A stretch of DNA of 64,000 nucleotides, taken from an uncultured Gammaproteobacteria bacterium (GTDB taxonomy: Bacteria; Pseudomonadota; Gammaproteobacteria; UBA4575). The stretch covers positions 1,849,712-1,913,711 of the forward strand of contig OX638335.1 of NCBI GenBank assembly GCA_951812785.1, in the 5' to 3' direction. The notes beneath the pieces were generated by a model. The model was not told the DNA's origin, ran no database searches, and worked only from the letters and a program-made list of their open reading frames with translations. The position numbers and the translations under genes are program-made. Shown piece after piece: positions 60,621 through 64,000 of this stretch (positions are counted from its first letter, which is position 1; the number at the start of each line of letters is the position of its first letter).

Positions 60621-61667
60621 ATGAAAAATATGAAAGATATCGACATCGGTGCAGCGCGGATTCGCGTTGACGATAAACAGATTATTAACTGTCATGCTGA
60701 TCTTAACCAGTTAGTCCCATTCAAATACGAGTGGGCGTGGCAAAAGTATCTCGATGGGTGCGCCAACCACTGGATGCCTCAAGAAATCAACATGACACAA
60801 GACATCGCGCTTTGGAAAGACCCGGATGGGCTCACCGAGGATGAACGGACGGTTATTCAACGCAACTTAGGTTTCTTCTCAACCGCAGATTCACTCGTGG
60901 CGAACAACTTAGTGTTAGCGGTCTATCAACACATTACCAACCCTGAATGCCGTCAGTACTTGTTGCGCCAAGCGTTTGAAGAAGCGGTACATACCCATGC
61001 TTATCAATACTGCATTGAGTCGTTGGGGTTAGATGAAGGCGAAGTCTTTAACATGTATCGTGAAATCCCCTCTGTTGCGAAGAAAGCAGAATGGGCATTG
61101 CCGTTCACACAAAGCTTGAGCGATCCGCACTTTTCAACAGGCACACCCGACATGGATCAACGTTTATTGCGTGATCTCATTGCATTCTACGTGGTGTTTG
61201 AAGGCATCTTCTTTTATGTTGGCTTTGTCCAAGTCCTGTCGATGGGGCGGCGTAACAAAATGACTGGGACTGCTGAGCAATTCCAATATATTTTACGTGA
61301 TGAATCGATGCACATGAATTTTGGCATTGATGTCATCAATCAAATTAAAGTAGAAAATCCGCATCTTTGGAGCAGCGCGTTTCAACAAGAGATGAGTGAG
61401 CTGATTGCGAACGCCGTTGAGCTTGAGATTCAATATGCACACGACACGATGCCGCGCGGCATTCTTGGCTTAAACGCAACCATGTTTACCGAATACCTTC
61501 AGTTTATTGCCAACCGCCGTTGCGCTCAAATTGGTTTAGCAGAACAGTATGCGGGTGCTACTAACCCATTCCCATGGATGTCTGAAGTGTTAGATTTGAA
61601 GAAAGAAAAGAACTTCTTTGAGACGCGTGTCACTGAATATCAAACAGGCGGAGCACTGGTCTGGTAA
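60621..61667 (+). CDS. nrdB: Class Ia ribonucleotide reductase beta subunit
   Basis: FFSTADSLV (Asp ligand), [10 protein letters not shown] (Glu-x-x-His plus the radical Tyr four residues on), DESMH. Confidence 0.95.
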   Translation: MKNMKDIDIGAARIRVDDKQIINCHADLNQLVPFKYEWAWQKYLDGCANHWMPQEINMTQDIALWKDPDGLTEDERTVIQRNLGFFSTADSLVANNLVLAVYQHITNPECRQYLLRQAFEEAVHTHAYQYCIESLGLDEGEVFNMYREIPSVAKKAEWALPFTQSLSDPHFSTGTPDMDQRLLRDLIAFYVVFEGIFFYVGFVQVLSMGRRNKMTGTAEQFQYILRDESMHMNFGIDVINQIKVENPHLWSSAFQQEMSELIANAVELEIQYAHDTMPRGILGLNATMFTEYLQFIANRRCAQIGLAEQYAGATNPFPWMSEVLDLKKEKNFFETRVTEYQTGGALVW

Positions 61668-61739
61668 GTATAGCATTGAGCTATCTGTAAAGTAGCCTTT
61701 TACACAGCGTTATGGGGCCCAGCGCGGCGGTAAAGCTTA

Positions 61740-61769
61740 GGCGGCAAACCTCTCTTTTGCCGCCTTTTT
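61740..61769 (+). terminator. Rho-independent terminator after nrdB
   Basis: ggcggcaaa-cctctct-tttgccgcc followed by TTTTT. Confidence 0.85.
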
Positions 61770-61807
61770 AATGCTGCTAATAAATCCTAGAATAATTTAC
61801 AAATGAT

Positions 61808-62239
61808 CTACTCAACAGTAATGGTGATCTTTTCAGACAGCACGGGGTTATCGTGAGGAATATGATTATGATTGCCCAACAACAACTGAAGTGTATGTGT
61901 GCCTGGTTTTAAGCTGAGTGTTGTTTCGGTTTGCCCACCACCAAAGTGGTTTATATTGTCATTTGCAGGAAGCGGCTTAGTCATGTCAGGAAGTAATTCC
62001 AAATCAATTAAAATATGATGGTGCCCGGTGTGCTCACGCTCAATGCCAGCAGGCGCCACACCCATTCCTCTTAAACCGAATTTAACAGAGAATGTTTCTC
62101 CAACCACCGCACCATCAGCTGGTTCAATAAAATACACCTTAGCATTTGCTGCGGCTTCAGAAACTGGACTGTCATCCGCATACACAAGTGATGTGCTAAA
62201 CGCTACCCATATCAACACACTAAATATTAAACGAAGCAT
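61808..62239 (-). CDS. DUF4399-domain secreted protein
   Basis: Signal peptide MLRLIFSVLIWVAFSTSLVYA, then GHHH.L.D and GGGQTE..L.L.PG.HTL.L motifs. I prefer the start at 62239 over the ORF-track 62326. Confidence 0.72.
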   Translation of the reverse strand: MLRLIFSVLIWVAFSTSLVYADDSPVSEAAANAKVYFIEPADGAVVGETFSVKFGLRGMGVAPAGIEREHTGHHHILIDLELLPDMTKPLPANDNINHFGGGQTETTLSLKPGTHTLQLLLGNHNHIPHDNPVLSEKITITVE

Positions 62240-62427
62240 AAACGTTCCTTTTATCAATTGACTTTGCGTTAAATTATATAGGCCGTATATAACATCTGAA
62301 CAATGAATTAAACAGATAATAGGCATATATAATATAAATAAACTACATGCATTATTCTATCAGGTAGTATCCACTGTCATAAGCAATTAAAACCTCATGT
62401 TTTATCCACTTACTCATACTAAAAGTT

Positions 62428-63135
62428 ATGATCACCCTAAACAATAAAGTCGTACTCATCACTGGCGCAACTGGCGCTCTTGGCAATACTACGGCTAATA
62501 TATTTGCGCAGACCAATGCCAAGTTAGCCTTAACGGGTCGCAGCCAGAAGAAATTAGAAGCTCTACACCCTGCTTTCTCTGCTAATGACTGTGCACGCAC
62601 CGACCTATGTGACGAGCAAGCGACTCAAGATCTCATAGATGAAGTGATTGAGCACTACGGACGCATTGATGTGTCACTCACCATTGCCGGCGGCTTTGAT
62701 ATGGGCAAACGTGTACACGAACTGACTTCAGATGATGATTTCAACAAAATGTTTAATATGAATTTCATCAGCACACTCAACACTTGCAAGAAAGTTATCC
62801 TGCACATGCAAAAACAAGGTGAAGGAAGAATTGTCAACGTATCCGCACACGCCGCTACAAAAGGCAAAGCTAAAATGGCACCTTACTGCATTTCAAAAAG
62901 TGCAGTCATCACGTTAAGCGAAAGCTTAACCGCAGAACATAAAGACAACGACATCAACATTAACTGCATCCTTCCAGGGACAATAGACACACCCACCAAT
63001 AGAAATGATATGCCCAATGCAGATTTCTCCACATGGGTACCGACAGAAGACATTGCTAACGTCATGTTGTATTTGAGTTCTGAATTAGCTAACTCAGTGA
63101 ATGGTGCAATTTTACCTGTGGTTGGGAAAAGCTAG
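62428..63135 (+). CDS. Short-chain dehydrogenase/reductase (SDR) family oxidoreductase
   Basis: VVLITGATGALG cofactor motif. YCISK (YxxxK) catalytic motif. Confidence 0.88.
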   Translation: MITLNNKVVLITGATGALGNTTANIFAQTNAKLALTGRSQKKLEALHPAFSANDCARTDLCDEQATQDLIDEVIEHYGRIDVSLTIAGGFDMGKRVHELTSDDDFNKMFNMNFISTLNTCKKVILHMQKQGEGRIVNVSAHAATKGKAKMAPYCISKSAVITLSESLTAEHKDNDININCILPGTIDTPTNRNDMPNADFSTWVPTEDIANVMLYLSSELANSVNGAILPVVGKS

Positions 63136-63304
63136 GTATTCACCCCACAAAGCGCACTGAAACAGCGTTATAAGCTTGATTAAGGAATGGGGAGAAAGCG
63201 CAATGCACACCTCTTCCTGGAAAACTCAGGCGGAGCAATCATTAAAAATTGAAGCAGAGCTTCAGGTAAGATACAAAAAATTATAACCCAAAAATTAACA
63301 CTGA

Positions 63305-63610
63305 CTAATAAGCACGTTCGTTTACAAAACCACGAAAAATAGTCAGAGCAATAATTTTTACATCAAGCCATAGCGACCAATTTTTGATATACCATAAATC
63401 ATGATCAATGCGCTGCTCCATTTTATCCAATGTATCGGTTTCACCACGCCAGCCATTAACCTGAGCCCAACCTGTAATACCGGGCCGAACAGTATGCCTT
63501 AACATATAACCGGAGATCTGTTGTCGATATAATTCGTTGTGCGCTACAGCATGAGGTCGTGGCCCAACAATCGACATGTGACCTTGCAAAACATTATCAG
63601 GTTTGAAGTT
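63305..63610 (-). pseudogene. 3' fragment (about 100 codons) of a polyprenyl-phosphate sugar phosphotransferase (WbaP/bacterial sugar transferase family)
   Basis: NVLQGHMSIVGPRPH...RPGITGWAQVNGWRGE...DLWYIKNWSLWLDVKII..T is the C-terminal half of the domain only. The upstream part of the listed ORF is non-homologous read-through. Confidence 0.8.
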
Positions 63611-63641
63611 CCTTAGGTCTTTTCTAAAAGAAGATGAGCTC

Positions 63642-64000
63642 AGAAAAAAAAATTTACTTTTCTTAATAAATCCTAGTGAAACTGATAACACTATTAACCA
63701 TAACTATTTATGCGGGTTAGGAATAAAAATTACCGCCCAAGATCATTACGTAGCACCTATATATTCAAAAGAAGATATTATCGATAAAGAACTAGTCCGC
63801 ATATTGGAAGTCAGGAGACCAAAATATATTCTGATCAATATAGGAGGAGGCGTGCAGGAAAGACTCGGGTATTATTTAAAAATTGCACTTTCATATAAAC
63901 CAGGTATTATATGTACTGGAGCCGCAGTGTCATTTTTAACTGGCAATCAAGCATCAATACCTAGGTGGGCTGATGATTATTATTTTGGTTGGCTCTTTCG
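63642..64000 (+). pseudogene. 5'-truncated WecG/TagA/CpsF-family glycosyltransferase (runs off the window end)
   Basis: Open frame with no start codon: ..KKNLLFLIN...RRPKYILINIGGGVQERLGYYL....ICTGAAVSFLTGNQASIPRWADDYYFGWLF. It matches only the C-terminal two-thirds of the family. There is an in-frame stop at 63579. Confidence 0.7.

Noticed and set aside
57706-61667. nrdAB looked GC-richer than its surroundings, which could indicate horizontal acquisition.
   Set aside because: This rests on hand counts of a few 60-nt lines: about 45-60% GC, versus 42-48% in other conserved genes such as murA, metG and petB. Highly conserved genes are often GC-richer in AT-rich genomes. A sliding-window GC and codon-usage computation is needed before claiming anything.

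Overview
This 64 kb window reads as a gammaproteobacterial-type chromosomal segment. It is AT-rich (about 40% GC by eye, not computed) and densely coding.

**Conserved blocks.** Most of the window is housekeeping synteny:
- A DsrS-like candidate ORF coupled to cysG, then a peroxiredoxin.
- A cobalamin riboswitch controlling btuB, a PduO-type adenosyltransferase, a ROK kinase and a membrane protein.
- sspBA and petCBA, a DegS-like protease, hisC-hisD-(DAHP synthase)-hisG, and murA-mlaBCDEF.
- yrbG-kdsDC-lptCAB-rpoN-hpf-ptsN-hprK-rapZ-EIIA(Man)-HPr-ptsI, then mgtE, dcd, and divergent mrp/metG.
- An RnfB-like ferredoxin with nth, an NAD-type isocitrate dehydrogenase, rimO, a NarL-type two-component pair, a rhodanese, and class Ia nrdAB.
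- A DsrN-like amidase, a cysteine-free IscA-like (DsrR-like) protein, siroheme synthase and the rhodanese together hint at a sulfur-oxidising lifestyle. That is inference.

**Most interesting locus (42.0-46.3 kb).** A signal-peptide-bearing 102 aa precursor carries eight GKCGE repeats, encoded by 15 bp tandem repeats, and is followed by a strong intrinsic terminator. Downstream lies an operon of four genes: a membrane-anchored glutamate-synthase-type FMN protein, DoxX, a DUF692/MNIO (MbnB-like) enzyme and a DUF2063 partner. This looks like an HvfA/bufferin-type copper-binding RiPP system. The FMN oxidoreductase gene is not part of the canonical four-gene layout as I remember it.

**Second theme: gene decay.** The lesions are:
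- An ATM1/HMT1-type ABC exporter with two in-frame TAA codons and one frameshift.
- A Nif3-family gene with one in-frame TAA.
- A frameshifted LEA_2-type lipoprotein gene.
- A frameshifted unknown gene upstream of nrdA.
- Two polysaccharide genes that have both lost their 5' ends and are fused head to head.

**Not found.** I recognised no rRNA, tRNA, CRISPR array, transposase or integrase.
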